Source: Acidobacteriota bacterium
GTDB taxonomy: Bacteria > Acidobacteriota > Thermoanaerobaculia > Multivoradales > UBA5704
NCBI GenBank assembly: GCA_040005235.1
Contig: JBDTZG010000017.1
Span: 1-64,000 of the forward strand
Direction: 5' to 3'
DNA: 64,000 nucleotides
In this document: one piece after another, positions 33,649 to 43,296 of the stretch
Numbering within the stretch: position 1 is the first letter of the stretch
Layout: each line of letters begins with the position of its first letter
The notes under the pieces: model-generated
The model's input: only the letters and a program-made list of their open reading frames with translations
Told to the model about the DNA's origin: nothing
Database searches by the model: none
Translations under genes and position numbers: made by a program

Positions 33649-34605
33649 TTACGCCCGGGGATGAAACCGGTCGTAGAGGCTCTTCAGTCGGTGCTGGTGG
33701 ATGTGGGTGTAGATCTGGGTGGTCGCGATGTCGGCGTGGCCGAGCATCATCTGGACGGCGCGGAGGTCGGCGCCGTGCTCCAGCAGGTGGGTGGCGAAAC
33801 TGTGGCGGAGGACGTGGGGTGAGAGGGCGCGCAGGCCGATGCTTCGCCCGTAGGCCCCGAGGTTCTTCCAGAAGCCTTGGCGGGTCATTCCGTCGCCTTG
33901 GGAGTTGGTGAAGACGAAGGCGTGGCGTTTTCCCTCGGTGAGCGCTGGCCGTACCTCGGAGAGATAGCGGCCGACCCACATCTCGGCCGCTTCGCCCACC
34001 GGCACCACGCGCTCCTTGTCGCCTTTGCCGTAGGCGATCAGGAAACCGACGTCGAGCCGCAGCTGCGGCAGGTTGAGACCGACCAGCTCGGAGACTCTCA
34101 ACCCTGCGGCGTAGAGCAGCTCGATCATCGCCCGGTCGCGCAGGCCGAGAGGGGTCGCGACGTCGGGCGCCGCGAGCAGCGCTTCCACCTCCGCCTCGGT
34201 GAGCACCTTCGGCAGCGAGCGGAACCGCTTCGGCTGGACCAGGTGAACGGCCGGGTTGTCGGCGCGCTCGCCGATCTCGATCAGGTGTTGGAAGAAGCTG
34301 CGGATCGCGGCGAGCCCCCGGGCGATCGAGCGGGGCGAGAGCCCCTCGCGGCGCAGGTCGCGGATGTGGGCGGACAGCGCGGTCGGATCGACGATCAGCA
34401 GATCGCCGCCGCTTTTCGCCAGCGCCCGGGCGGTGCGCAGCAGGTCCCGGCCGTAGCTTTCGACGCTGTTGGCGGCGAGGCCCCGTTCGAGGGCGAGGGA
34501 TTCGAGATAGCGGCGGAGCGCCCGATGCCAGGGCGTCGCCTTTTCTTTGGCCGCCGCAGCGGCAGCCTCCGGATCGAGCGCGCGCGAAGCCCGTTTCTTG
34601 ATCAA
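33649..34605 (-). CDS. xerD: Tyrosine recombinase XerD
   Basis: LERGLAANSVESYGRDL, LRDRAMIELLYAAGLRVSEL, GKGDKERVVP, SPHVLRHSFATHLL, LGHADIATTQIYTH, HPRA. Confidence 0.92.
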   Translation of the reverse strand: MIKKRASRALDPEAAAAAAKEKATPWHRALRRYLESLALERGLAANSVESYGRDLLRTARALAKSGGDLLIVDPTALSAHIRDLRREGLSPRSIARGLAAIRSFFQHLIEIGERADNPAVHLVQPKRFRSLPKVLTEAEVEALLAAPDVATPLGLRDRAMIELLYAAGLRVSELVGLNLPQLRLDVGFLIAYGKGDKERVVPVGEAAEMWVGRYLSEVRPALTEGKRHAFVFTNSQGDGMTRQGFWKNLGAYGRSIGLRALSPHVLRHSFATHLLEHGADLRAVQMMLGHADIATTQIYTHIHQHRLKSLYDRFHPRA

Positions 34606-34660
34606 AGGAGGAGCCCGCCCTCGGCGGCCGGACGGTAGGGGCGACGCATGCGTCGCCCGG

Positions 34661-35944
34661 CTACGCCGGCGCGCCCGACGAGGCGGGGGTGCCCGGGGTC
34701 ACCCCGCGGGCCTGGCAGATGGCGCCGATCTCCCCCTCTTCGAGCACCCGGCCGGAAGCTTTCGCTCGCTCGAAGATCTCGTCGACCAGACCCGGCTCGG
34801 CGGTGTATCCGCGCTCTTCGAGCCAGAAGATGACGTTCGATTTGCCGCTCATGTTGCCCACTTCGATCACCTGGTGGCGGCCGATCAAGCTCGCGGGAAT
34901 CGAGGAGTAGACCCGGTCGGCGAGCCACTCCTCGCCGCGCGCGCGGGCTTTGAGGATCGCCGCGGCGTGGACTCCGGTCGCGGTGCGGAACGCGTCGCGG
35001 CCGATCACCGGATAGTTGTCCGGACAGGGGACGCCGGTGGTCTCGGCGACCAGGCGGCAGTAATCGACCAGCCGCGTGAGATCGCGATCGATCCAGCCGA
35101 GCAACTGCATATTGACCAGCAGCAGATCGATCGGGCAGTTGCCCACCCGCTCGCCAATGCCGAGCGCCGTGCCGTGCAGGCGGTCCGCGCCGGCCGACGC
35201 GGCGGCGAGCGCGTTGATCACCCCGAGATCGCGATCGCGGTGGCCGTGCCAATCGACCTTCACCTCTACCCCCGTCGCGTCGACCACGCCGCGGACGAAA
35301 CGGATCACTGCCGCCGCTCCCGCCGGGGTGGCATGCCCTACCGTGTCCGAGACGCAGACCCGGCGCGCCCCGGCCTCGACCGCCGCGGTATAGAGGCGGC
35401 GGAGGTCTTCGGGCTGCGCTCGCGTGGTGTCCTCGGTGACGTACATGACCGGCAAGCCGTGTTTGACGCCGAACTCGACCGCGCTGGTCGTCCAGTGGAG
35501 CATCTGGTCGAGGGTCCAACCTTCGGTGTAAATGCGCACCGGCGACGAGCCGAGGAAACAGGCGACCTCGATCGGCAGCCCCACCCGCTCGGAGATGTCG
35601 ACGATCGGCCGGATGTCCACTTCGAGCGTGCGCGCGGCGCAATTCGGCGCGACGCCAAGCCGCTGGTCGACGATCTCCCGCGCCAGCCGCTCGACGTCGC
35701 GCACCACGTGCGGCCCCGCGCCGGGCAGGCCGAGGTCGGCCGACTCGATGCCGAGGTCGGCGATCAGATGGAGGATCTCAAGCTTCTTCTCAATCGGCGG
35801 CGTCTTCACCGAAGGAGATTGCAGGCCGTCGCGCAACGTCTCGTCGTCGAGCTCGACCTTGCCGCGCAGGGGCTTGAGCTCCTGGCCGCTCTCCTTGTTC
35901 CAGTCGTAGATCAGCTCGCGGTCGTTCGTCGGGCTCGGCGGCAT
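34661..35944 (-). CDS. 2-isopropylmalate/homocitrate/citramalate synthase family protein (short form, no obvious regulatory domain)
   Basis: DETLRDGLQ, EDTTRA, DTVG, HGHRD, GIGERVGN; adjacent to a leuB-like gene. Confidence 0.85.
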   Translation of the reverse strand: MPPSPTNDRELIYDWNKESGQELKPLRGKVELDDETLRDGLQSPSVKTPPIEKKLEILHLIADLGIESADLGLPGAGPHVVRDVERLAREIVDQRLGVAPNCAARTLEVDIRPIVDISERVGLPIEVACFLGSSPVRIYTEGWTLDQMLHWTTSAVEFGVKHGLPVMYVTEDTTRAQPEDLRRLYTAAVEAGARRVCVSDTVGHATPAGAAAVIRFVRGVVDATGVEVKVDWHGHRDRDLGVINALAAASAGADRLHGTALGIGERVGNCPIDLLLVNMQLLGWIDRDLTRLVDYCRLVAETTGVPCPDNYPVIGRDAFRTATGVHAAAILKARARGEEWLADRVYSSIPASLIGRHQVIEVGNMSGKSNVIFWLEERGYTAEPGLVDEIFERAKASGRVLEEGEIGAICQARGVTPGTPASSGAPA

Positions 35945-35981
35945 CTGAGACTCTCCGGGGAATTGGATCGGGAACCGCGGG

Positions 35982-37088
35982 TCAGGCTTCCATCGGGGCA
36001 AGAGCGGTGCGCTCGACGCGCTTGGCGATCTCGCTGCCCACCTGGGAGGTGGTCAGCGTGCCGCCGACGTCGACGGTCGTCGAACCTTCGCGGATCGCCG
36101 CGAGGACCGCCTCGTCGAGCGCTTGGGCGGCCTGGGGGTGGCCGAGGGTTTCGAGCATCAGCGCGGCGGAGAGGATCGCGCCGATGGGATTGGCCTGGCC
36201 GGTGCCGGCATACTTCGGAGCCGAGCCGTGGACCGGCTCGAACATCGAGGTCCGGCCGGGGTGGAGGTTCGCCGAAGCGGCCATCCCCAGCCCCCCTTGG
36301 AGGGCGGCGCCGAGGTCGGTCACGATGTCGCCGAACATGTTGTTGGTGACGATCACCTCGAAGCTCTCCGGCCGCTTCACCATCATCATGGTGAGGGCGT
36401 CGACGTAGAGATGGCTGGGCTCGACACTCGGATAGTCGGGGGCGACCTCGGCGAATGCGCGCTGCCAGAGGTCGTGGCCGAAGCGCATGACGTTCGCCTT
36501 GTCGCTCATGCACACCTTCGTCTTGCCCTGTGCGACCGCGTACTCGAACGCCGCGCGCAGGATGCGCTCGACCCCCTTGCGGGTATGGATCTCGTCCTGG
36601 ATCGCCACCTCGTCCGGGGTCCCCTTCTTGAAATTACCGCCGACGCCCACGTAGGCACCTTCGGTATTTTCGCGGAAGACGACGAAGTCGACGTCCTTCT
36701 CGGTCTTGCCCTTGAGCGGGCAAAGTCGCGGGTCATAGAGCTTGACCGGCCGGAAATTGATGTAGAGATCGAGACCGAAGCGGGTGCCGAGCAGAATGTC
36801 CGCGGCATGCTTCATGTCCGGCACCCGGGGGTCGCCGAACGCGCCGATATAGATCGCCGCGTAGTGGTCCCGCCACTCGTCGAGCGTGCCGGGCGGCAGG
36901 CTCACGCCGGTCTCCAGGTAGTAATCGGCGCTGTACGGAAGGTGGACGAGCTCGAGGGGCAGGCTCCAGCCCGCGGCGGCGGCTTCCAAGACTTTGACCG
37001 CCTCGGCGGTCACGTCGACGCCGATGCCGTCGCCGGGCAGGACCGCGATCTTCTGCGGTCGACGGGATTTCGGATCTAGGGGCTCCAT
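35982..37088 (-). CDS. leuB: 3-isopropylmalate dehydrogenase family (isocitrate/isopropylmalate/tartrate dehydrogenase)
   Basis: PGDGIG, RENTEG, DKANV, NMFGDIVTD, FEPVHGSAP, ANPIGAILS. Confidence 0.8.
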   Translation of the reverse strand: MEPLDPKSRRPQKIAVLPGDGIGVDVTAEAVKVLEAAAAGWSLPLELVHLPYSADYYLETGVSLPPGTLDEWRDHYAAIYIGAFGDPRVPDMKHAADILLGTRFGLDLYINFRPVKLYDPRLCPLKGKTEKDVDFVVFRENTEGAYVGVGGNFKKGTPDEVAIQDEIHTRKGVERILRAAFEYAVAQGKTKVCMSDKANVMRFGHDLWQRAFAEVAPDYPSVEPSHLYVDALTMMMVKRPESFEVIVTNNMFGDIVTDLGAALQGGLGMAASANLHPGRTSMFEPVHGSAPKYAGTGQANPIGAILSAALMLETLGHPQAAQALDEAVLAAIREGSTTVDVGGTLTTSQVGSEIAKRVERTALAPMEA

Positions 37089-37134
37089 GACCCGAAATGC
37101 TACCACTCGAAGCGGACTCCGATAAACGGAACCC

Positions 37135-39834
37135 TCAGCTCGGTCGGACCTCGAACACGTCGACCAGCCGCGGCTTGAGACGCCGACCGTCCTCCTCCAC
37201 CTCGTCGACCGCGATGACGTAGCCGGTGAGCCCTTCGGCCGTCAGGCGGAAGCGGATGAACTGCTTGAACTGCTCGATCCGCGCCCCGCCGCCCGCCTCG
37301 TTGTTGTGGCCGTCGAAGCAGATCGAGACCGCGAGATACCAGCCGAAGAACGTGCACGTGAGGATGAGTCCCAGGGCGAGAGCCACGCAATAGGACGCCC
37401 CGGTGGCGGTCTGCGGCGAGGCATACGCGAAAGTGAGCGCGACCAGCCCCACGGTCCAGGCGATCCAGGCCAAAAGCAGGATCGCCCCCAGCCGGCCTCG
37501 ATCCGCGGCATTCCAGACACCGAGCAGACGCGGCGCAAGCCGCCCCAGCGCCCAGCTGACCAGCGCGGTCGCCACCCCGGCGGCAAGCGCCACATTCCAC
37601 GGCAGTGCCACGACCAAGAGGAGCGGCAACGTGAGTTGCAAAAGGGCGTGCCAGAAGCCGAGCAGGGCGAAGCCGGCTCTTCCCCAGAAACCGTAGAGCC
37701 CGCCGCCCACTTTCGCGGCGAAAATCGGCAATCCGACGAGAATACCGAAGAGAACGACCCAGAACGCCATGTCGATCGAGACCACCGCGAGCGAGTCGAC
37801 GCCGTAGCGGGTGATCCCCAGCAGTGCCGCCAGAAGCGTAAACGCCCAGAGCAGCCAGCCGTGGACCTGGTCGGAGATCGTCAAGCGCCCCTTGGCGCGG
37901 GCCGCGCGATTCATCGCCTCGTCGTATTGGCGGCTCCAGAGGAGTCCCCCGAAGCTCAGGAGAAGCATCGCCAGCACCACGAGGGTCGAAGCCAGCGGAT
38001 ACAGCTGGCCGTATTGCGTATCGCCATGCGGGTGCCCGAAGACCCACAACATCGACACCAGGCTGGCGGCCACCAGCAAAGTGATCGGCGAGTGGTACGA
38101 CGAATTCGGAATCTGTTCCCCGGCCTTGGCTCGCTTCGCCAGGTTGACGTTGCGCCAAATACCCCAGCCCACCAGCAGCAGCAGGATGGGGATGTAGTTC
38201 AATTCCCGATTCCACCGATGCCCCGGGCCGGTTGCCTTCAAGATCGGAATTTCCGGCGACGCGCAGGCATCCTCCCGCCCGAACGCACTGGGAGCGCCCG
38301 AAAGGTTCTCGACCCCCGGCACGCCTGCCGCGGCCTGGTCTTTCTCGGAAATACCCGGCATGACACAACGCTTCACTTCAAGCGCCGTGTGGAGAGCGGC
38401 CAGGGCTTTTTGCGACACCTCGCCGCCCCAGCCCACCACGGTTCGAAACAGGCTCTGATCCGCCGCTTTGACCTTTTCTTCCGGGGTTCCGGTGTCTGGA
38501 GAAATCTTCTCTAGAGCCGGCAATACCAGGCCGGTCCGGTCGAACAGCGGCGTCATCGCATGACGGAGGCTCGCCGACGTGGCGGCTCCCAGGAATAGAA
38601 ACCCGGCGATCAAAAGCCCGATCAGCCAGACTCTCCCCCCCAGAACGATCGACCAGGGGTTGAGCACCTGCCGGAGGACTTTGGCCAGCGCCGTCCGCGG
38701 CTCGGGATAGCGGATCGCGGCGGGGACTTCCCCTCTGTCCGTGCAAGAGGGATGAAGAAACGCGCCGCCGAGCCCGGAAACCACCGAGGCGTAGTGGGCC
38801 GGCTGTGCGGCGCCCGGTTCCGCCCCCCAGTAACGGGCGTAATGGTGGACGTCTCCCGACAGATCCAGACGGCAGCCGCCCGCCGGAAGGGCCTCGGGAG
38901 GATTCTCGTCGAGAAACGGGCACGGCAGCCCGATCGCGCGGAAGGTACTTACGATCGCCGATTCCGGGTCGGCCCGCCGGCCGAACTTCGTGATCGGCTC
39001 GGGGGTCGCGACGATCAGGCGGTCCGTCGGTTTTTCAGGGTCCTTGAGCATCGACTGAAAGTAATGCCGCTGGCGGCGATCCATGGCGCCGCCTTCGGCG
39101 TCCATCCCCCACATCCGCCACTTAAACGGCAGCTCGATCGAAACGAAGCTCGCCCACTGCTTGCGCTCGAACCCGCCCAGCACCAGCTGCGGCTGGTCCC
39201 CCTTCTTGTTCGGATTGAATTTATGGTCTTCGCCGAACGGCCGGCGAAACTGGCGGTTGAAACCGTCCAGAAAGTCGTAGTAGTCGTGGTTGCCGGGAAT
39301 CCCGAAGATCGGCCGGCGTTCCTTCCGGTCCACTTTGCCCAGGTCGGACAGATGCTGGAACGCCAGCTCGAACGGATACTGGAAACGCTCGGAGAGCGTC
39401 TCGTAGTCGGCCACGTGGTAGGCCGTGTCCCCGCCTACGAAGAGGAAGGCGCCGCGCGGCAGCCGCTCGACGGCCTCGGCGTTCGGCTCAAACGCAACCT
39501 TGTGTTCCGGCGCGGCGCCGGCCGGCACGAACAGATCTGAATAGGCGAGGTAAGCGATGCTGTAGGTCGCGCGCATCCCATCGCCCGAGTCGGACAAGTA
39601 ATCGAACCAGAGCTCGTCGCCGGTAAAGTCGCGGGTGCAATCGAACTCCTTGCCCACCATCCAGATCCGCGGATCCATGCGGGTACCGAACGCGCTGAAA
39701 ATCAGGATCTCGCGGAGGCTGGTGACCAGCTGGCGATCGAGCAGCCAGCCGACCGGCGGGCGCATCGGGTGCTCGCCGACGCCGAAATATTCCTTCAGAC
39801 TCTGCCACAAGCCCTTAGCTTTCTTCTTTGCCAT
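37135..39834 (-). CDS. Calcineurin-like metallophosphoesterase fused to a polytopic membrane domain
   Basis: DSGDG, GGDTAY, PGNHDYYD, SGDVHHYAR, SGLGGAFLHP, followed by many hydrophobic segments; start MAKKKAK. Confidence 0.8.
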   Translation of the reverse strand: MAKKKAKGLWQSLKEYFGVGEHPMRPPVGWLLDRQLVTSLREILIFSAFGTRMDPRIWMVGKEFDCTRDFTGDELWFDYLSDSGDGMRATYSIAYLAYSDLFVPAGAAPEHKVAFEPNAEAVERLPRGAFLFVGGDTAYHVADYETLSERFQYPFELAFQHLSDLGKVDRKERRPIFGIPGNHDYYDFLDGFNRQFRRPFGEDHKFNPNKKGDQPQLVLGGFERKQWASFVSIELPFKWRMWGMDAEGGAMDRRQRHYFQSMLKDPEKPTDRLIVATPEPITKFGRRADPESAIVSTFRAIGLPCPFLDENPPEALPAGGCRLDLSGDVHHYARYWGAEPGAAQPAHYASVVSGLGGAFLHPSCTDRGEVPAAIRYPEPRTALAKVLRQVLNPWSIVLGGRVWLIGLLIAGFLFLGAATSASLRHAMTPLFDRTGLVLPALEKISPDTGTPEEKVKAADQSLFRTVVGWGGEVSQKALAALHTALEVKRCVMPGISEKDQAAAGVPGVENLSGAPSAFGREDACASPEIPILKATGPGHRWNRELNYIPILLLLVGWGIWRNVNLAKRAKAGEQIPNSSYHSPITLLVAASLVSMLWVFGHPHGDTQYGQLYPLASTLVVLAMLLLSFGGLLWSRQYDEAMNRAARAKGRLTISDQVHGWLLWAFTLLAALLGITRYGVDSLAVVSIDMAFWVVLFGILVGLPIFAAKVGGGLYGFWGRAGFALLGFWHALLQLTLPLLLVVALPWNVALAAGVATALVSWALGRLAPRLLGVWNAADRGRLGAILLLAWIAWTVGLVALTFAYASPQTATGASYCVALALGLILTCTFFGWYLAVSICFDGHNNEAGGGARIEQFKQFIRFRLTAEGLTGYVIAVDEVEEDGRRLKPRLVDVFEVRPS

Positions 39835-39980
39835 GAGGCAGCCTCCTCGCTTAGGGACGGCCTCACCGCCCTGCCCTCCAAGAGCCGATCTTCTCGTTGT
39901 TGCGCTTGCATCGAATGTTACACCCAACTCCGCACCGCTTGCTCCGCCGGGCACATCGTGGGATAAATCGACGCTAGGCA

Positions 39981-40820
39981 ATGATTACCGCAGTCATCAG
40001 CAGGAAAGGCGGGGTCGGCAAGACCACGACGTCGGTCAATCTGGCGGCGGCGCTCGCCCTGTCCGGCCGGCGGGTCCTGCTGGTCGATCTCGACAGCCAG
40101 GCCTCGGCGTCGCTCTCGCTCGGGGTGCCGCGGGAGGAGCTGGCCCCCTCCTCCGCCGACGTGCTGCTCGGCGGGTTCCTGGCGAGCGAGGCGATCCGGC
40201 CGACGAAGGTCCCCGGTCTCGACCTGATCACCGCCTCGGTCGACCTGATCCACGCCGACCTGGAGCTGGGCCGCTACCGCTCGCGCGAGAGCCGGCTCAA
40301 AGGGGCGCTCGCGTCGGTAGCACCCCGCTACGACCTGATCTTCCTCGATTGCCCGTCGTCGCTCTCGCTCGTGCCGATCAACGCGATCGTCGCCGCCGAT
40401 GCGTTCGTGGTCCCCACGATGCCGCACTTCCTCTCGCTCACCGGGGTCACCAACCTGATCGCCGCCGCCCACCGGGCAAGCAACGAAGCCGGCGGCCGGA
40501 TCGTGCTTCTGGGGGTCCTCTTGACGATGGTCGATTACCGGATCAAATCGACCCGCACCCACGTCGAATCCCTCCGCGGCGAGCTGGGCTCGAAGGTGTT
40601 CGCGATTGAGATCCGAGTCAACAACCGCCTCGCCGAAGCGCCCGAGCACGGCCAATCGATCTTCCAATTCGATTCCAAAGCCAAAGGCGCCGCCGCCTAC
40701 CGCCTGCTCGCTCAGGAGTTCGTCCTCCGCGCCACCGACGCGGGCCGAAGGATCGCCGCCGAGATTCCCCGCCCGTCGGTCGAAGAGCCGGCGACGGAGG
40801 CGGTGACGCCGGGACGGTAA
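39981..40820 (+). CDS. ParA/Soj-family ATPase
   Basis: KGGVGKTT deviant Walker A, VDLDSQ, DCPSS, LAEAP. Confidence 0.92.
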   Translation: MITAVISRKGGVGKTTTSVNLAAALALSGRRVLLVDLDSQASASLSLGVPREELAPSSADVLLGGFLASEAIRPTKVPGLDLITASVDLIHADLELGRYRSRESRLKGALASVAPRYDLIFLDCPSSLSLVPINAIVAADAFVVPTMPHFLSLTGVTNLIAAAHRASNEAGGRIVLLGVLLTMVDYRIKSTRTHVESLRGELGSKVFAIEIRVNNRLAEAPEHGQSIFQFDSKAKGAAAYRLLAQEFVLRATDAGRRIAAEIPRPSVEEPATEAVTPGR

Positions 40821-40884
40821 GCGAGATCGGTCGATCGGAATTTCTCCCTCGTGGGAGCCTACTCTCCCGTTACAATCCTCGCCC

Positions 40885-41652
40885 ATGACCTTCAAAGATC
40901 ATTTCTCCGGCCATGCCGGCGCGTATGCGGCGCATCGTCCGGATCGGTATCCGGAGGAGCTGTTCGACTTCCTGGCCGGGCAGGCTCCGGGTTGCGGAGT
41001 CGCTTGGGACTGCGCGACCGGCAACGGCCAGGCCGCCATTCCGCTCGCCGAGCGGTTCGCCGTGGTGATCGCCACCGACGCCTCGGCCGAACAGGTCGCT
41101 CACTTCCGGCCTCATTCGCGGGTCGAGGTCCGCCAGACCCCCGCCGAGGCGAGCGGCTTGGCCGGCGGTTCGGTCGACCTGGTGACCGTCGCCCAGGCGA
41201 TCCACTGGTTCGACTTCGAGCGCTTCTACGCCGAGGTCCGCCGGGTTCTCCGCCCGGACGGCGTGATCGCGGCGTGGAGCTACAACCTCCTGCGCTCCGA
41301 TCCGGCGATCGATCGGGTGCTCGACTACCTGGCCGAGGAGCGGGTTTTCTCCTTCTGGCCCCACGAACGGCACTGGGTGAGCGAGGAATATCGGACTCTG
41401 CCTTTTCCCTTTCCCGAGGTTGCGGCCCCGCCGTTCACCATGACCGTCGAGTGGACGCTCGACCAGTTGCTCGCCTACGTCTCCACCTGGTCGTCGATCG
41501 TCCGCTGCCGGCGCGAAACCGGCCTCGACGCCCTGGCCGAAGTCGAACCCGACCTCGAAGCCGCCTGGGGCGGAGCTTCCGAGCGCGGTCAGGTGCGGAC
41601 TTTGAGCTGGCCGCTCCATTTGCGGTTGGGACGGGTGGAAGCGCGGTCTTGA
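40885..41652 (+). CDS. Class I SAM-dependent methyltransferase
   Basis: FKDHFS, WDCATGNGQAA, DLVTVAQAIHWF. Confidence 0.9.
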   Translation: MTFKDHFSGHAGAYAAHRPDRYPEELFDFLAGQAPGCGVAWDCATGNGQAAIPLAERFAVVIATDASAEQVAHFRPHSRVEVRQTPAEASGLAGGSVDLVTVAQAIHWFDFERFYAEVRRVLRPDGVIAAWSYNLLRSDPAIDRVLDYLAEERVFSFWPHERHWVSEEYRTLPFPFPEVAAPPFTMTVEWTLDQLLAYVSTWSSIVRCRRETGLDALAEVEPDLEAAWGGASERGQVRTLSWPLHLRLGRVEARS

Positions 41653-41670
41653 GGAACTAAACCGTCAAAG

Positions 41671-41697
41671 TTGCCTCATCGTCCGATCTGATATGTT
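41671..41697 (+). promoter_or_regulatory. Possible sigma70-type promoter of the ECF sigma gene
   Basis: TTGCCT at 41671 and an extended -10 TGaTATGTT at 41689-41697; favours the ATG at 41720 as start. Weak, by-eye call. Confidence 0.35.
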
Positions 41698-41719
41698 GTT
41701 GAGCAACCAAAGTTCGCAA

Positions 41720-42388
41720 ATGGATCGGGACGCCAATCTAGAAGCCGATGGCAGGCCGGAGTGGGAACTTGCCCTCCTCGGTGACGAGGGTGCGCTCGCC
41801 CGTCTGGTCCGTCGCCTCACGCCGGTGGTCCAGGCTCGCGTGGCCCGGAAGCTGTTGCTGTCCCGTGATCGCTCGGGTGGATCGCGCGACGTGCGCCAGG
41901 AGGTGGACGACCTCACCCAAGAGATCTTCCTGATCCTGTTCGCCGACGACGGCAAGGTGCTGCGCGGTTGGGACCCCGGGCGCGGCTTGTCTCTTGCGAA
42001 CTTCGTCGGTTTGGTCGCAGAGCGGCAGACGGTGTCGATCTTGAGGAGCGGCAGGCGCTCGCCCTGGCGCGACGATCCGACGTTGTCGGACGAGCTGGAA
42101 CGGATCGCCTCGCCGGTCGAGACCGAGACCGCCGCCGCCTCGCGCGAGGTACTCGGCCGGCTGTTCGACCGTTTGACCGAAGAGCTTTCTCCCCTCGGCC
42201 GCCGCCTGTTCGACCTCCTGCTGGTGCAAGAGACCCCCGTCGCGGAGGCGGTTCTCGCGACCGGACTTTCAGCCGACGCGGTCTACGCTTGGCGAAGCCG
42301 GCTGCGGCGTCTGGCGCGAAACCTATTGGCAGAATTGTCAGAACCGCCCCGGGAAGCGCGAACACCTGCTCGGGAGAGGACCCGATGA
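41720..42388 (+). CDS. ECF-type RNA polymerase sigma factor
   Basis: ALLGDEGALARLV, VDDLTQEIFLIL (region 2), LSPLGRRLF and region 4 HTH LATGLSADAVYAWRSRLR. Alternative start 41693. Confidence 0.85.
   Translation: MDRDANLEADGRPEWELALLGDEGALARLVRRLTPVVQARVARKLLLSRDRSGGSRDVRQEVDDLTQEIFLILFADDGKVLRGWDPGRGLSLANFVGLVAERQTVSILRSGRRSPWRDDPTLSDELERIASPVETETAAASREVLGRLFDRLTEELSPLGRRLFDLLLVQETPVAEAVLATGLSADAVYAWRSRLRRLARNLLAELSEPPREARTPARERTR
42336..42367 (+). promoter_or_regulatory. Putative ECF promoter, copy 1 (inside the sigma gene 3' end, upstream of anti-sigma/CHAT)
   Basis: T-GTCAGAACCG-ccccgggaagcg-CGAACACCT; same boxes and spacing as the copies at 46057 and 59345. Confidence 0.6.
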
Positions 42389-43296
42389 CAAGACCGATCG
42401 AGCCCGGAGCCGGAGCATCCGCTGGAGCCCCTATGCCCGGGGAGGACGACTCGCTCCTGCGCGAGCTGGGCGCTTGGGCACGCGACCGCGCCGCCGTGGA
42501 GCGCGAGCAGCTGGACGACCGCTGGGATCGCCTCGCGGCCGGCGCGCTCACCCCCGAGGAGGAGGCGGAGCTGCGCGCGGAGGCCGAGGGTTCGGCCGAA
42601 GGGGCCGCAGCGCTCGCTGCGTTTCAGCCCTTGGGACCGGAGACTGAGGCGCGGATCGTCGCCCAGATCCGGGCGCAACGGGCGGCGGAGCGGCCCGCCA
42701 AGCCGGCGATCGCCGCCGCTCGGCCGGTCGTCGCCGCGCCGTCCCCCAACGACCGGCCGAACAACGTCCTCCCCTTCCGTCGCCGCGCCGCCGTCTGGGG
42801 CGCCAGCCTGGGGCTCGCCGCGGCGGCGGTCCTGGTCGCGGTGCTGAGCCTTCCGGGACGCTCGGCGCCGCTTCCCGCGTATGTGGCGGAGCTCAAGGTC
42901 GGCGATCAAAACGACCGTAGCGGGACATCCGGCACCCAGCCGACCGGCGTCCCGACGTTTTCTCCCGGCGCGCGTTTCGAGCTGGTCCTGCGCCCGGCCG
43001 AGACCGTGAAGGGCGACGTGGCGGTGACCTGTCTATTGGTCGCGACCGGCGGCGGCCCGCCCCGGCCGTTCCCCGCTTGCGACGACGCCGAGCACTCGAA
43101 CGACGGCAGCCTGCGCGTCACCGGGACGGTCGGAAGCCAGATCGAAGGCCCGCCCGGCGATTGGACGCTTTGGGCGATCCTCGGTCGGCCGGGAGATCTG
43201 CCGAAAGATCCGCCGGTCACGAGCGTCGCGGAGCCGATCGCCGAAAAAGGCTGGATCGGGATCCCGCGACGAATCCGCTTCGCGGCGGCGGCGTGA
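42385..43296 (+). CDS. Putative single-pass membrane anti-sigma factor
   Basis: ATGA overlap with the sigma stop and GGAGAGG RBS; helical N-domain (WDRLAAGALTPEEEAEL), VLPFRRR then a TM helix (AVWGASLGLAAAAVLVAVL), then a beta-rich external domain. Confidence 0.7.
   Translation: MTRPIEPGAGASAGAPMPGEDDSLLRELGAWARDRAAVEREQLDDRWDRLAAGALTPEEEAELRAEAEGSAEGAAALAAFQPLGPETEARIVAQIRAQRAAERPAKPAIAAARPVVAAPSPNDRPNNVLPFRRRAAVWGASLGLAAAAVLVAVLSLPGRSAPLPAYVAELKVGDQNDRSGTSGTQPTGVPTFSPGARFELVLRPAETVKGDVAVTCLLVATGGGPPRPFPACDDAEHSNDGSLRVTGTVGSQIEGPPGDWTLWAILGRPGDLPKDPPVTSVAEPIAEKGWIGIPRRIRFAAAA

Noticed and set aside
33649-34605. Phage or island integrase
   Set aside because: Sequence matches housekeeping XerD; no att repeats, tRNA or phage genes seen.
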